DNA from: Chthonomonadales bacterium | Lineage (GTDB): Bacteria > Armatimonadota > Chthonomonadetes > Chthonomonadales > CAJBBX01 | Length of the DNA: 64,000 bases | Reading direction: 5' to 3' | Assembly (NCBI GenBank): GCA_049967475.1 | Contig: JBMFSQ010000006.1 | Span: forward strand, 50,430 to 114,429 | Part shown: in pieces, positions 1-9,416 of the stretch | Position numbering within the stretch: position 1 is the stretch's first letter | Layout: each line of letters begins with the position of its first letter | Translations under genes and position numbers: made by a program | The notes under the pieces: generated by a model | Told to the model about the DNA's origin: nothing | The model's database searches: none | What the model saw: only the letters and a program-made list of their open reading frames with translations

Positions 1-901
1 TGGCGCTGGGGAATTCAGGCCTGAAGATCTGCAGCGAGCGGTGGCGTTCCTTGATGATAGTGAGGGGATTTGTAGTGGCGCCGCCTTCGGTTCCGCAGAG
101 TGTGCTGTTGAAAACATCCTCGGGGATATTCGCCGCGAAGCTGGATTCCAGCACGATAGAAGCGCCGTTGGCAAAGCGTATGAGCGCCGAAGCGAAATCT
201 TCCACGGTGAAGTTCTTGTAGTCCCACTGGCCCATAAAGCCTACGATATCGCTGCGGTGGCCGAACTTGGCGTAGGTTACCCCCGAAGCTGCCGTCGGCT
301 TGGGATGCCCCATGAGCCAAAGGGTAAGATCCAGGATGTGGACCCCGATATCAATGAGCGGACCGCCTCCTTGCTTGCTTTTGTCTATGAACACGCCCCA
401 GCCAGGGATGCCGCGGCGCCTCAGCGCTTGAGCGCGGGCATAGTAGATCTCCCCCAGGTCTCCGCTATCCACGTAGGTCTTCAGAAGCTGGTTGCTGGGG
501 GCGAAGCGGCTGTTGTATCCCACCTGGAAGACCTTCTTGGCTTTGCGGCCTGCCTCCACCATTTTGCGCGCTTCCTCGGCATTCATGGCGATGGGCTTTT
601 CGCACAAAACGTGTTTGCCGGCCTGGAATGCCTCGACGGTTGGTGCCATGTGAAGGTAGTTCGGGGTGCACACCGACACCGCGTCCACTTCGGGCATCTC
701 GAGCAGTTTGCGATAATCGGTGAATACGTGCGGTACGTTGAACTTTTGGGCGGCCTCTTTGGCTGTGTCGGGGTTAATGTCTGCCACGGCTACGATTTCG
801 CAAAGATCGGGGATGGCTGCGTACCCAGGCATGTGGGCGTTCTGGGCGATGCCTCCCGACCCGATGATGCCGATGCCGACTTTCTTCTTTGTGCGCTTCA
901 A
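1..901 (-). CDS. Gfo/Idh/MocA family oxidoreductase (3' end runs off the window)
   Basis: Not in the ORF track because it is open at the window edge. Manual translation from TTG at 901 (AGGAGG RBS just upstream) gives MKRTKKKVGIGIIGSGGIAQNAHMPGY...DAVSVCTPNYLH...GKHVLCEKPIA, with the Rossmann Gly-rich loop and the EKP motif of the family. Confidence 0.9.
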   Translation of the reverse strand, partial: MKRTKKKVGIGIIGSGGIAQNAHMPGYAAIPDLCEIVAVADINPDTAKEAAQKFNVPHVFTDYRKLLEMPEVDAVSVCTPNYLHMAPTVEAFQAGKHVLCEKPIAMNAEEARKMVEAGRKAKKVFQVGYNSRFAPSNQLLKTYVDSGDLGEIYYARAQALRRRGIPGWGVFIDKSKQGGGPLIDIGVHILDLTLWLMGHPKPTAASGVTYAKFGHRSDIVGFMGQWDYKNFTVEDFASALIRFANGASIVLESSFAANIPEDVFNSTLCGTEGGATTNPLTIIKERHRSLQIFRPEFPSA

Positions 902-967
902 CTGGCGCCTCCTTTGAACGTAATGTAAAATTAGGAGGGCAGGTCCTCCGATCTACATGTGCGGTCT

Positions 968-1426
968 TCAGCCCTCCTGACCCTGCAAATCTTGTGGGGC
1001 ACGGCCTTCACGCGCCAAGAGAACGCCCGCGATGCCTCCCAAAGCTGTGATGGGGATGCAGAAGGCGGAAATCAACCACGCCATAGCGGGTGCTGCTTCG
1101 AGCCGGCCCTGGAGTCCCAGCAGGAATGCAGCTCCGGCGAAGTAGACGAAAGATCCGGTCGCTGCAGCCGTCCATGCGCATCGGAGAACCACCGCCTCGG
1201 GCACCCTGCGGCGCCGCAGGGCGGGCACGGTTCCGTAGCAGGTGAGGGCACACGCTGCCGCCGGGTAGAGCCCCATGAGAGCCCAAATGTTCCCCGCCAT
1301 GAACCCGCACATTGGAAGATCCGGTACGCTGCCTGCTGCCTCAAAGGCATAGTTGATCAAGAGCATGCTGCACGCCACCAGGAGGGTGGAGGCAACATGC
1401 ACAGCATATACGTAGAAGCGTTGCAT
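968..1426 (-). CDS. Small hypothetical membrane protein (about 4 TM segments)
   Basis: ATG at 1426 preceded by AGGAGG. Several hydrophobic stretches. Co-oriented with its neighbours. Confidence 0.65.
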   Translation of the reverse strand: MQRFYVYAVHVASTLLVACSMLLINYAFEAAGSVPDLPMCGFMAGNIWALMGLYPAAACALTCYGTVPALRRRRVPEAVVLRCAWTAAATGSFVYFAGAAFLLGLQGRLEAAPAMAWLISAFCIPITALGGIAGVLLAREGRAPQDLQGQEG

Positions 1427-1476
1427 CAACTCTCGCCTCCCTGGCGCATAATCATGGGGTCTACCATTGGGGCGCA

Positions 1477-2190
1477 TTACGCCGGGATTGTATCATAATC
1501 GCCCGAGATGGAGCAACTACCGGGCATTCCATAATCCTTCGGTTGGCGCTTGGTCCGGCGCGGTTTTCCGCGCACTTGGTGGCAATGTCGGCACCTAGCC
1601 TCGTATCGCTCCGATGCGCCGATCAGGATGACGGGATCGTTCCAAGCGGCGGGCCGGCCGTCTATGAGGCGTTGCGTGCGGCTGGCTTCGGCGCCGCATA
1701 CCTGGCAGATCGCATGGAGCTTCACTACATTGTCAGCCCGGGCAAGCAGGCGAGGCATGAAGCCAAAAGGCTCGCCGCGAAAGTCCTGATCTAGGCCGGC
1801 AGCGATAACGGCAATGCCGCGGTCTGCCAGTGCATCGCACAGATCCACTATGCCGGCATCGAAGAATTGTACCTCCTCAATGCCCACCACTTCCGTGTCC
1901 GGTTGAAGGCTCTGTGCAAGCGCTCGGGCATCGGCGATGGCCTGCGCTTGCAGGTGCGCGCCGTCGTGGGTCCTTATGACGGTGGTGTCGCAGCGGGTGT
2001 CCAGGGCGGATTTGAAGACCTGAACCTTGCGCCGGGCATGCATGCTGCGCCGAATGAGGCGGATCAGCTCCTCCGTCTTTCCAGCAAACATGCACCCGGT
2101 GATTACGGTTATCGTGCCATTGCGCCGTTTCGCAGACACTCCAGCCCCCGACCGTACTTCCGCTGTTTCAACTGAGCTTCTATTCCGCAC
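1477..2190 (-). CDS. tdk: Thymidine kinase
   Basis: P-loop GCMFAGKT, EEVQF (DEAQF-like), AGLDQDFRGEPFG and Zn-binding CQVC...CRHC. The true start may be GTG at about 2139. Confidence 0.95.
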   Translation of the reverse strand: MRNRSSVETAEVRSGAGVSAKRRNGTITVITGCMFAGKTEELIRLIRRSMHARRKVQVFKSALDTRCDTTVIRTHDGAHLQAQAIADARALAQSLQPDTEVVGIEEVQFFDAGIVDLCDALADRGIAVIAAGLDQDFRGEPFGFMPRLLARADNVVKLHAICQVCGAEASRTQRLIDGRPAAWNDPVILIGASERYEARCRHCHQVRGKPRRTKRQPKDYGMPGSCSISGDYDTIPA

Positions 2191-2326
2191 AGGGCTGTTG
2201 AATCCCTTTGCGGGTCCCGAGCGCTGAAGGGTTGCACCCGCATGACGGCTGTTGTGGGCGCGGCGCCGGTGCGCCCCGAGGAACGCAGGGTGAGGAAGAA
2301 GCGCAGGCCGCGCAGAGAGCTGAGCG

Positions 2327-3682
2327 TCACTCAGATGCCTGGGGTTGCTCCGTCTGAACAGGCGCAGGCGGTTTAACCGGAAGTGTCACGATGAAACGGC
2401 TGCCCTTTCCCGCTTCGCTCTCGCACGTAATGGATCCGCCGTGCAGTTCCACAAGGTGCCGAGTGAGGTACAGGCCAAGCCCGGTGCCTGGGATCTGGGC
2501 AATCTCCTGGCGCTCTACTCGTTCGAAGCGCTGGAAGAGCTTGGCAAGCTGTTCCTGCGTCATCCCTACGCCGTGATCCTCCACTACGATGCGTACGGAA
2601 CCGTTCAGAGCATCCGCTTGGATGGAGATCTCTCCTCCGTTGGGTGAATACTTCACCGCGTTGGTGAGCAGGTTATCCAAAATCTGGCTGAGCTTGTCGG
2701 CGTCCGCTTCGATTTCAGGCAGATCGTCGGGCACAGACACAGTGATGGAGTGGGCCTCGGTCCAAAACTTGTAGAAGCGTATGGCGCGTGCGGCCTTTCG
2801 AATGAGGTTCGCCAGGGACACGGGTCTTACCGCAAGAGTGATGGGCTTGCCTGCTTCCAGGCGCGAGGAGTCGAGGAGGTCATTGATGAGGCCGAGCATC
2901 CTGGTGGTTTCAGCCTCGATGATGTCGTAGAATTCGTTGCGCGTTTGGGCGTCCAGCTTCCCGTCGGCCTGGAGGGTTTGTATAAACCCGCGGATCGTCG
3001 TAAGCGGATTACGCAATTCATGGGACACGTAGGAAATGAACTCATTCTTTAGCCGCGCCGCCTCCTCGAGGGCCAGGCGCTGGGTTTCTTCCTTGTGGAG
3101 CTTCTGCTGGAGCTGGATGCGCTCCTCCATAGATTTCCGCAGGTTCTCGTAGAGGCGTGCATTCTCAACTGCGGTGGCCGCTTGGTTCGCGAAGGCTGTA
3201 AGCATCTCCACATGCTGCTCATTGAAGATGCCTGTCTTTGCGCGGTTGTCCAGATAGATCACGCCGATCGGGCGCCCCTGGGCGATGAGGGGCACGCACA
3301 ATACGGATCGAACCTGCGCAAGCCTCACGCTGGTATGGGAGGCGAACCGGGGATCCTGCAATGCATCCAGCGAAAGGACGGGCTCTTGGGTGCGCAAGGC
3401 ATGTTCCACGATGGTGCGGCTGATCTGGGCGGCGTTGCTGGGGTCCTTGCCTGTGAGCCCCAGCTCCAAGGCGACGGGGTCAATGTCGTGCGTGGCCTTG
3501 CCGACAACGCGCCCCGACCCGGGCTCCACAATCAGGATGAAGCCGCGTTCTGCGTGGACGAAGCGAACGACCTCATCAATGGCCGTACGCAGCACTTGGG
3601 ACAGGTCCAGCGAGGAGTTGAGCACCTGTCCCAATTCCAGAAGCGTGCGCAGATAGGATGTGGATCTGTCGGTATCGGACAT
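2327..3682 (-). CDS. Cytoplasmic GAF-domain sensor histidine kinase
   Basis: N-terminal GAF (RSVLCVPLIAQGRPIGVIYLDN), H-box SHELRNPL, N-box NLLTNAVKYS, G1 DHGVG and G2 GTGLGL. No TM segments. Confidence 0.93.
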   Translation of the reverse strand: MSDTDRSTSYLRTLLELGQVLNSSLDLSQVLRTAIDEVVRFVHAERGFILIVEPGSGRVVGKATHDIDPVALELGLTGKDPSNAAQISRTIVEHALRTQEPVLSLDALQDPRFASHTSVRLAQVRSVLCVPLIAQGRPIGVIYLDNRAKTGIFNEQHVEMLTAFANQAATAVENARLYENLRKSMEERIQLQQKLHKEETQRLALEEAARLKNEFISYVSHELRNPLTTIRGFIQTLQADGKLDAQTRNEFYDIIEAETTRMLGLINDLLDSSRLEAGKPITLAVRPVSLANLIRKAARAIRFYKFWTEAHSITVSVPDDLPEIEADADKLSQILDNLLTNAVKYSPNGGEISIQADALNGSVRIVVEDHGVGMTQEQLAKLFQRFERVERQEIAQIPGTGLGLYLTRHLVELHGGSITCESEAGKGSRFIVTLPVKPPAPVQTEQPQASE

Positions 3683-3855
3683 GGCTGTTTTGTCGGCGGC
3701 TGCGAAATGTACCTTCCTTTACCTGGCCTATGCTTTCGTGGTTACATTCCAGCGGTGGTTGCGCTGGCGCGCGCTTTGCGTGTGTTTGCGCGTCCACGGG
3801 TTGCCCCTGGACCCTGGGCAGGAAAAACCATCTGGAGTTCGGTTGCGCAGAATAT

Positions 3856-4137
3856 TCAAAGGATCTCGAGGTGGGCCTCCTCGACAATGATCTGCGGATT
3901 GGCTTCCAGGTGGCTCAGGACATGATCCAGAATGCTGTTGGCATGCCGGTTGCTGTTGGACACGCACGCGATGCCCAAAGTTGCTAATTCGTGGGCATCC
4001 AGGTGATCTACTTCGGCGATGGCTACGTTGAAGCGGCGGCGTGCGCCATCTACGATGCTTTTGAGCACGTGGCGCTTATCCTTGAGTGAAGCCGCTTCGC
4101 ACACCCGCAGGGTGACCGTGAGCGCGCCGATATGCAT
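3856..4137 (-). CDS. ylxP: DUF503 / YlxP family protein
   Basis: SLKDKRHVLKS...RRRFNVAIAEVD signature. Lies directly downstream of infB, the usual position for this family. Confidence 0.88.
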   Translation of the reverse strand: MHIGALTVTLRVCEAASLKDKRHVLKSIVDGARRRFNVAIAEVDHLDAHELATLGIACVSNSNRHANSILDHVLSHLEANPQIIVEEAHLEIL

Positions 4138-4179
4138 GGGGGAAACCCTCCGCCGCGACGCGAGGGGCAAACCGAGGGG

Positions 4180-6114
4180 CTACGGTTCCACCCGCCGCGT
4201 TTCGAAGCACTCGAGAATATCGCCCTCTTGAACGTCGTTGAAGTCACTCACGACGATTCCGCATTCAAACCCCTGGGCCATCTCTCTCACGTCGTCTTTG
4301 AGGTGTTTGAGCGATGAGATCTTGCCTGTAAAGACCACGTCGGCGCCCCGGCGTACCCGAACGTCGGCATTCCGCACGATTTTGCCTTCCGACACGTAGC
4401 ACCCCGCAATGACGATGCCCTTAGGTGTACGGAACAACCGTCGCACCTCCGCTTTGCCCAGAATGCTCTCTTCATAAACGGGTTCCAGCATCCCCTTGAT
4501 GGCGCGTTCGATATCTTCGGTCAGCTCGTAGATGATCTGATAGGTGCGCACATCTACGTGTTCGCGTTCGGCGGCCATCTGGGCCGGCTGATCTGCCCGC
4601 ACATTGAAGCCGATAACTACGGCTTCGGATGCCGCGGCGAGCATGATGTCGCTTTCCCCAATATTGCCGACCCCGCTATGGATAATCCGGATGGTTACCT
4701 CGTCCTGGGGGATCTGCTGAAGCTGGCTGACCACGGCTTCAACAGAACCCTGCACGTCGCCCTTTACGATGAGGTTGAGTTCCTTGACTTCACCCTCCTT
4801 GATGCGGCGGTACACATCCTCGAGGGTGGGTTTGACGGTCTTAGCGAGGTGGAGCAGGCGCTGTTGTTCTTGCCGGTTTGTTGCGATTTGGCGCGCGGTA
4901 CGTTCGTCTTTTACGACCTCCAGGATGTCGCCAGGCCGCGGGACCACAGAAAGGCCGGTGACTTCTACGGGAGTAGCGGGAGTTGCCTTGTTGAGGCGCT
5001 CTCCGCGGTCGTTCATCATGGCGCGGATCTTCCCATGGGCGATGCCGCACACCACCGCCTCGCCGACGCGAAGAGTACCTTCTCGAACCAACACCGTCGC
5101 CACGGGTCCCCGGCCCACCTCCTGCTTCGCCTCGATGATGACGCCGGTGGGCTTGGCGTGGGGGTCCGCCTTGAGATCCATGAGATCGGCTTGGAAGAGG
5201 ATATGGGCCAGGAGGTCCTCAATGCCTTGGCGTGTCTTGGCCGACACTAGGACGCAATCGGTTTCACCGCCGAAATCGGTGGGGACGAGCCCCTGCTCCG
5301 CAAGTTGCACCTTCACCCGCTCGGGGTTTGCGTCGGGTTTGTCTATCTTGTTGATGGCGACGATGATGGGGACCGAGGCGGCACGCGCGTGGGAGATGGC
5401 TTCGAGGGTCTGCGGCATAATGCCGTCATCGGCGGCAACCACCAGGATCGTGATATCGGTCACGCTGGCTCCGCGGGCTCTCATGGCGGTGAATGCTGCA
5501 TGGCCCGGGGTGTCCAAAAAGGTGATCTTGCGGCGCGAGCCTTCGTGTTCCACCTCCACCTGGTAAGCCCCGATGTGCTGGGTGATGCCTCCGAATTCCC
5601 CTTCCACAACGTTCGTGTGCCGGATGGCGTCCAGCAGTGTGGTTTTGCCGTGATCCACATGGCCCATTATGGTAACCACGGGCGGTCTTTGAACCAGAGC
5701 GCCGCCGGGTGCCTTGTGTTTGGGAGGTGGGGGTGCAGGCTGGGTTCGCGTGTCAACCTTGACGCGCAGAGCGAAACCATACACGCTTGCGAGTTTGCGG
5801 GCGGCATCCGGGCTCAGGCGCTGGTTGACCGCGGCCAACACGCCCATGCTCATCAGCTTCTTTTGCACGTCGGCCGGGGGGACGCCCATGGCAACGGCGA
5901 GATCCTTCACCGTTCCGCCCAGTGGAAATTCCACCGACTTGGAGTCATCGGCAGGCTTCCCCAAAAGCTCGCGCACGGTTTGAGCCGTGTCGGCATCTAG
6001 GATCGCAGCAGGACCCGGTACCGACACCCCCAAGTCGTTGAGCGTGTTTACCAGATCGGCATGGGGGACCTGCAGTTCCTGCGCCAGATCGCTCACGCGC
6101 ACACCCATTGCCAT
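4180..6114 (-). CDS. infB: Translation initiation factor IF-2
   Basis: RPPVVTIMGHVDHGKTTLLD, GGITQHIGAY, FLDTPGHAAF, NKID, DVQGSVEA and C-terminal GFECGI. Confidence 0.99.
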   Translation of the reverse strand: MAMGVRVSDLAQELQVPHADLVNTLNDLGVSVPGPAAILDADTAQTVRELLGKPADDSKSVEFPLGGTVKDLAVAMGVPPADVQKKLMSMGVLAAVNQRLSPDAARKLASVYGFALRVKVDTRTQPAPPPPKHKAPGGALVQRPPVVTIMGHVDHGKTTLLDAIRHTNVVEGEFGGITQHIGAYQVEVEHEGSRRKITFLDTPGHAAFTAMRARGASVTDITILVVAADDGIMPQTLEAISHARAASVPIIVAINKIDKPDANPERVKVQLAEQGLVPTDFGGETDCVLVSAKTRQGIEDLLAHILFQADLMDLKADPHAKPTGVIIEAKQEVGRGPVATVLVREGTLRVGEAVVCGIAHGKIRAMMNDRGERLNKATPATPVEVTGLSVVPRPGDILEVVKDERTARQIATNRQEQQRLLHLAKTVKPTLEDVYRRIKEGEVKELNLIVKGDVQGSVEAVVSQLQQIPQDEVTIRIIHSGVGNIGESDIMLAAASEAVVIGFNVRADQPAQMAAEREHVDVRTYQIIYELTEDIERAIKGMLEPVYEESILGKAEVRRLFRTPKGIVIAGCYVSEGKIVRNADVRVRRGADVVFTGKISSLKHLKDDVREMAQGFECGIVVSDFNDVQEGDILECFETRRVEP

Positions 6115-6225
6115 TACAGATCACCTCATTTCCATTTTCTCCATACGCATCCTCGCGGGGCCAGCGTTCGGGGTGCTGGGCCGTTGTGCAGGAGGAACAT
6201 CGCCGGCGGTTGCAGGGCCGGAAGA

Positions 6226-6258
6226 CAACAAAAGAGTGGGCGCCGGCCCACCCTGTTG
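6226..6258 (-). terminator. Terminator/attenuator-like hairpin in the infB leader
   Basis: Minus strand reads CAACAGGGTGGGC-CGGC-GCCCACTCTTTTGTTG: a 9-bp stem with one G-U pair, followed by a U-rich tract. Confidence 0.6.
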
Positions 6259-6278
6259 CGTGCAGACACGTCGCCATG

Positions 6279-6287
6279 ATTATACCA
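6279..6287 (-). promoter_or_regulatory. Extended -10 promoter (TGnTATAAT) for infB
   Basis: Minus strand TGGTATAAT, about 165 nt upstream of the infB start. Confidence 0.65.
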
Positions 6288-6360
6288 CACCGCACCGGGT
6301 GTGCGCGGCCTCTGAGCCGAACGTTCGGAACGGGTCGTATTGGCGCAGGGTTGATCCCCG

Positions 6361-7848
6361 TCACTCGTCGGGGTTGCGGAGATACTCCGAGCTATAGTTG
6401 GGGGGCTCCTTGGTGATCCATACGTCGTGCACGTGGCTCTCACGGATGCTCGCACCGGACACCCGCATGAAGCGGGCGCGCTGCTGCAGTTCCGGGATCG
6501 TGCGGGCGCCCACATAACCCATTCCCGATCGGATGCCGCCCAGAAGTTGGTGGATCGTGTCGCTGAGGGCTCCCTTGTAAGGGACGCGGCCTTCGATGCC
6601 TTCCGGCACGAGGCGGGCCATGGGATCTTGGCCGTATCGGTCGCTGGAACCTTCCCGCATCGCCGCTTCGGAACCCATGCCCCGGTAGTCTTTGTACGCG
6701 CGGCCTTGATAAAGCACCACTTCGCCCGGCGCCTCGTCGGTTCCGGCCAAGAGGTTCCCCACCATGATGGCTGCGGCTCCTGCAGCCAGCGCCTTGGTGG
6801 CATCTCCCGAGAAGCGAATGCCGCCGTCTGCGATGATGGGTAGATCATAGCGGCGCGCTGCTCGGGCGCACTCGAGGATGGCCGTAAGCTGCGGAACCCC
6901 AACTCCAGACACCACGCGCGTCGTGCAGATGGATCCTGCGCCCAATCCCACGCGGATGCCGTCGGCGCCGGCTTCGGCTAGAGCTTGGACCCCTTCAGCA
7001 GTTGCCACGTTGCCGGCAATGACGGGGAGGTTGGGGAATTCCGCCTTGAGAGCGCGCACGGCGTTGATCACTCCGATGGAGTGGCCATGGGCCGCATCCA
7101 CCACGATCACGTCCACTCCAGCTTCATGAAGCGCCGCGGCCCGGCCAACGGGATCGCGAAGGGGGCCGATGGCAGCCCCTACCCGCAGGCGGCCCCGGCT
7201 GTCTTTCGTGGCGTTCGGGTATTCGCGAACCTTTTGAATGTCTTTGATCGTGATGAGGCCCAGGAGCTTGTAATGGTCGTCCACAATGGGAAGCTTCTCG
7301 ATGCGATGTTCCTGGAGAATGGCCTGAGCCTGTTCGAGTGTCGTGCCGGTAGGAGCCGTGATGAGCTTGTGGCGAGGCGTCATCAGCTCGGAGATAGGGC
7401 GGTGGTAATTGGTCTCGAAGCGAATGTCTCGGTTCGTAAGGATGCCCACTAGGGTGCCGCTTTCATCGGTTACGGGTACGCCGGATATGTGGTAGCGTTC
7501 CATAAGGCCGAGGGCATCGCGGATGGTCCGGTCTGGGGTGAGGGAGATTGGGTCCACGATGATGCCGTGCTCAGACCTCTTGACTTTGTCCACTTCAGCG
7601 GCCTGGGCTGCAACGCTCATATTGCGGTGGATGATGCCGATGCCGCCCTCTCGGGCCATTGCGATGGCCATGCGCGCTTCGGTCACGCGGTCCATTGGCG
7701 ACGAGAGGATGGGCGCCCGAAGCTCGATATCCCGGGCGATTACCGTGCGCGTGTCTACTTCGGCGGGAGTGATCTGCGTGTCCATCGGGATGATGAGCAC
7801 GTCGTCGAAGCTGAAGCCGTCCTTTAGAAGCAGATCCGCTTGCTGCAT
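6361..7848 (-). CDS. guaB: IMP dehydrogenase
   Basis: FDDVL, tandem CBS domains, catalytic loop [22 protein letters not shown] and PEGIEG. Confidence 0.99.
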   Translation of the reverse strand: MQQADLLLKDGFSFDDVLIIPMDTQITPAEVDTRTVIARDIELRAPILSSPMDRVTEARMAIAMAREGGIGIIHRNMSVAAQAAEVDKVKRSEHGIIVDPISLTPDRTIRDALGLMERYHISGVPVTDESGTLVGILTNRDIRFETNYHRPISELMTPRHKLITAPTGTTLEQAQAILQEHRIEKLPIVDDHYKLLGLITIKDIQKVREYPNATKDSRGRLRVGAAIGPLRDPVGRAAALHEAGVDVIVVDAAHGHSIGVINAVRALKAEFPNLPVIAGNVATAEGVQALAEAGADGIRVGLGAGSICTTRVVSGVGVPQLTAILECARAARRYDLPIIADGGIRFSGDATKALAAGAAAIMVGNLLAGTDEAPGEVVLYQGRAYKDYRGMGSEAAMREGSSDRYGQDPMARLVPEGIEGRVPYKGALSDTIHQLLGGIRSGMGYVGARTIPELQQRARFMRVSGASIRESHVHDVWITKEPPNYSSEYLRNPDE

Positions 7849-7966
7849 GACGTTACCTCTAGGCTAAGTGGCGGCGTTCCAGGCGGGCCCACGCGTCATT
7901 CCCGCGTCTAAAGCGTCGAAGGGAGAGTGGGCCTGTTTTGGAGCGGCCTCCAAAGGTTATTCTGCC

Positions 7967-7975
7967 ATTATACCA
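7967..7975 (-). promoter_or_regulatory. Extended -10 promoter for guaB
   Basis: Minus strand TGGTATAAT, the same element as upstream of infB, about 120 nt upstream of the guaB start. Confidence 0.6.
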
Positions 7976-8012
7976 CGCTGCGACGCTCCGCGGCGGCCGG
8001 GAGGGGGACGGC

Positions 8013-9338
8013 ATGGCGCCGGCGAATTTGACAGCGATTGGTCGTTGCCCGCTTCAATCGGGGCGAAAGGAGGGGGCGCTGGTGGAGGGGATCAGCCATG
8101 CGCGCGTCGCGACGGTTGCGGCTCAGTTTGCCATCGAAGAGCCCATTGCGGTGGAAGAGTTTCCCGGTCGAGGGAATATCAATCAAGACACGTACCTGGT
8201 GGTATCCGGGCTTGGAGCAAGCCGCCAAGAGTACATCCTTCAGCGCATCAACGAGAAGGTATTTACTCGTCCCCGCAATGTGATGGCGGCTATGGTGGCG
8301 TGCATCGCGGCGCAACGCGAAGCCTTGCCCCACCGCGCACTCGCGCCCGAGGATCGGTGGGAGCCGGTGACGCTGGTTCCCACACGCAGCGGCGAGTGGT
8401 TCTGGGATGAGGGAGGCTTGGGCCGCGACGTATGGCGCCTCATGGCGCGCATTGGGGGGTGCGTGTCGTACAAGAGCCTGAACGAGGTCCCCGACGAAGC
8501 AAAGCGCCTCGCTCTAGCGGAAGAGGCTGCCCGCGGACTGGCTCTGTTTGGTGACCTCACCGCAGGCATGGATACCGCCTCCCTGGAAAACCCATTGCCG
8601 GGCTATCGGGACACGGAAATCTACATCAACCAGCTTCAATCCGTGCTTTCCGGAAACCGCACCCTCGAGCAGGCGAGGGCGCTTCTGCCTCAGGATCCGA
8701 TCCTTCTGCAGAGTGTGGAGCGCCATTTTTTGGTGCACCTCTCTCAGGAAGACTACGCAGCGCGCCTTGCGGACCCGGAGCTGGCACCCTTTCTGGAGGT
8801 GGCACGCCGCCACGCAGCCTTCGGGCGGTCCCTGCTCGATGCCTTGCGGGCCGGTCACGTTCGGCGCGTGGCGATCCATGGCGACACCAAGCTGGAGAAT
8901 TTCCTGTTCGATTCCGCAACCGGCCGCGTGCGTGCGTTGGTGGATTTGGACACGATCATGCCTCACACGTGGCTAGCAGATTGGGGCGATATGGTGCGCT
9001 CCCTCGTGAATGTGGCTGGGGAGAAGGAGCCGGATCTGCACCGCGTGCAGGTAGATCTTCCGGTATACGAAGCGCTTCTGAAGGGCTTCCTCTCCACGGC
9101 GCGTGCGGTGACGGAGGCGGAGGTGGCCAGAATGGCGGATGCCGTTGAGGTGATTGCGTGGGAACTGGGCATCCGTTTCCTTGCGGACTACCTCCGTGGG
9201 GACACCTACTTTCAACCTTCACCCGAAGACCCTTGGGACATCAACCGGACGCGAGCAATGGTGCAACTATCCCTCTTCCAGAAGCTTCGCCAGTACCGCC
9301 CTGAGATCCAGCAGTTGATGAAGGCGTTTCGCCCCTAG
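8013..9338 (+). CDS. APH/choline-kinase fold phosphotransferase, N-acetylhexosamine 1-kinase-like
   Basis: GRGNINQDTY, YILQRIN, HGDTKLENFLF, LVDLDTIMP, DWGDMVRS and RFLADYLRGDTYF, typical of NahK-like sugar kinases. Alternative GTG start at about 8082. Confidence 0.8.
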   Translation: MAPANLTAIGRCPLQSGRKEGALVEGISHARVATVAAQFAIEEPIAVEEFPGRGNINQDTYLVVSGLGASRQEYILQRINEKVFTRPRNVMAAMVACIAAQREALPHRALAPEDRWEPVTLVPTRSGEWFWDEGGLGRDVWRLMARIGGCVSYKSLNEVPDEAKRLALAEEAARGLALFGDLTAGMDTASLENPLPGYRDTEIYINQLQSVLSGNRTLEQARALLPQDPILLQSVERHFLVHLSQEDYAARLADPELAPFLEVARRHAAFGRSLLDALRAGHVRRVAIHGDTKLENFLFDSATGRVRALVDLDTIMPHTWLADWGDMVRSLVNVAGEKEPDLHRVQVDLPVYEALLKGFLSTARAVTEAEVARMADAVEVIAWELGIRFLADYLRGDTYFQPSPEDPWDINRTRAMVQLSLFQKLRQYRPEIQQLMKAFRP

Positions 9339-9416
9339 GATGCGCCTTTCTCGGGGTAGCATCTATTGGGGGCGCGACCTGCCGCGCTGCCGCAATGTGC
9401 CAGGAGGATCGCCACA

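Noticed and set aside
41..928. 295-aa plus-strand ORF
   Set aside because: Antisense shadow of the minus-strand Gfo/Idh/MocA gene, which has the RBS and family motifs.
6126..6200. Short leader ORF (MFLLHNGPAP...WRKWK) upstream of infB
   Set aside because: No clear RBS and no recognisable similarity. It cannot be supported without ribosome profiling.
8013..9338. Aminoglycoside phosphotransferase resistance gene
   Set aside because: The motifs and the neighbouring mutases point to a sugar kinase of the same fold.
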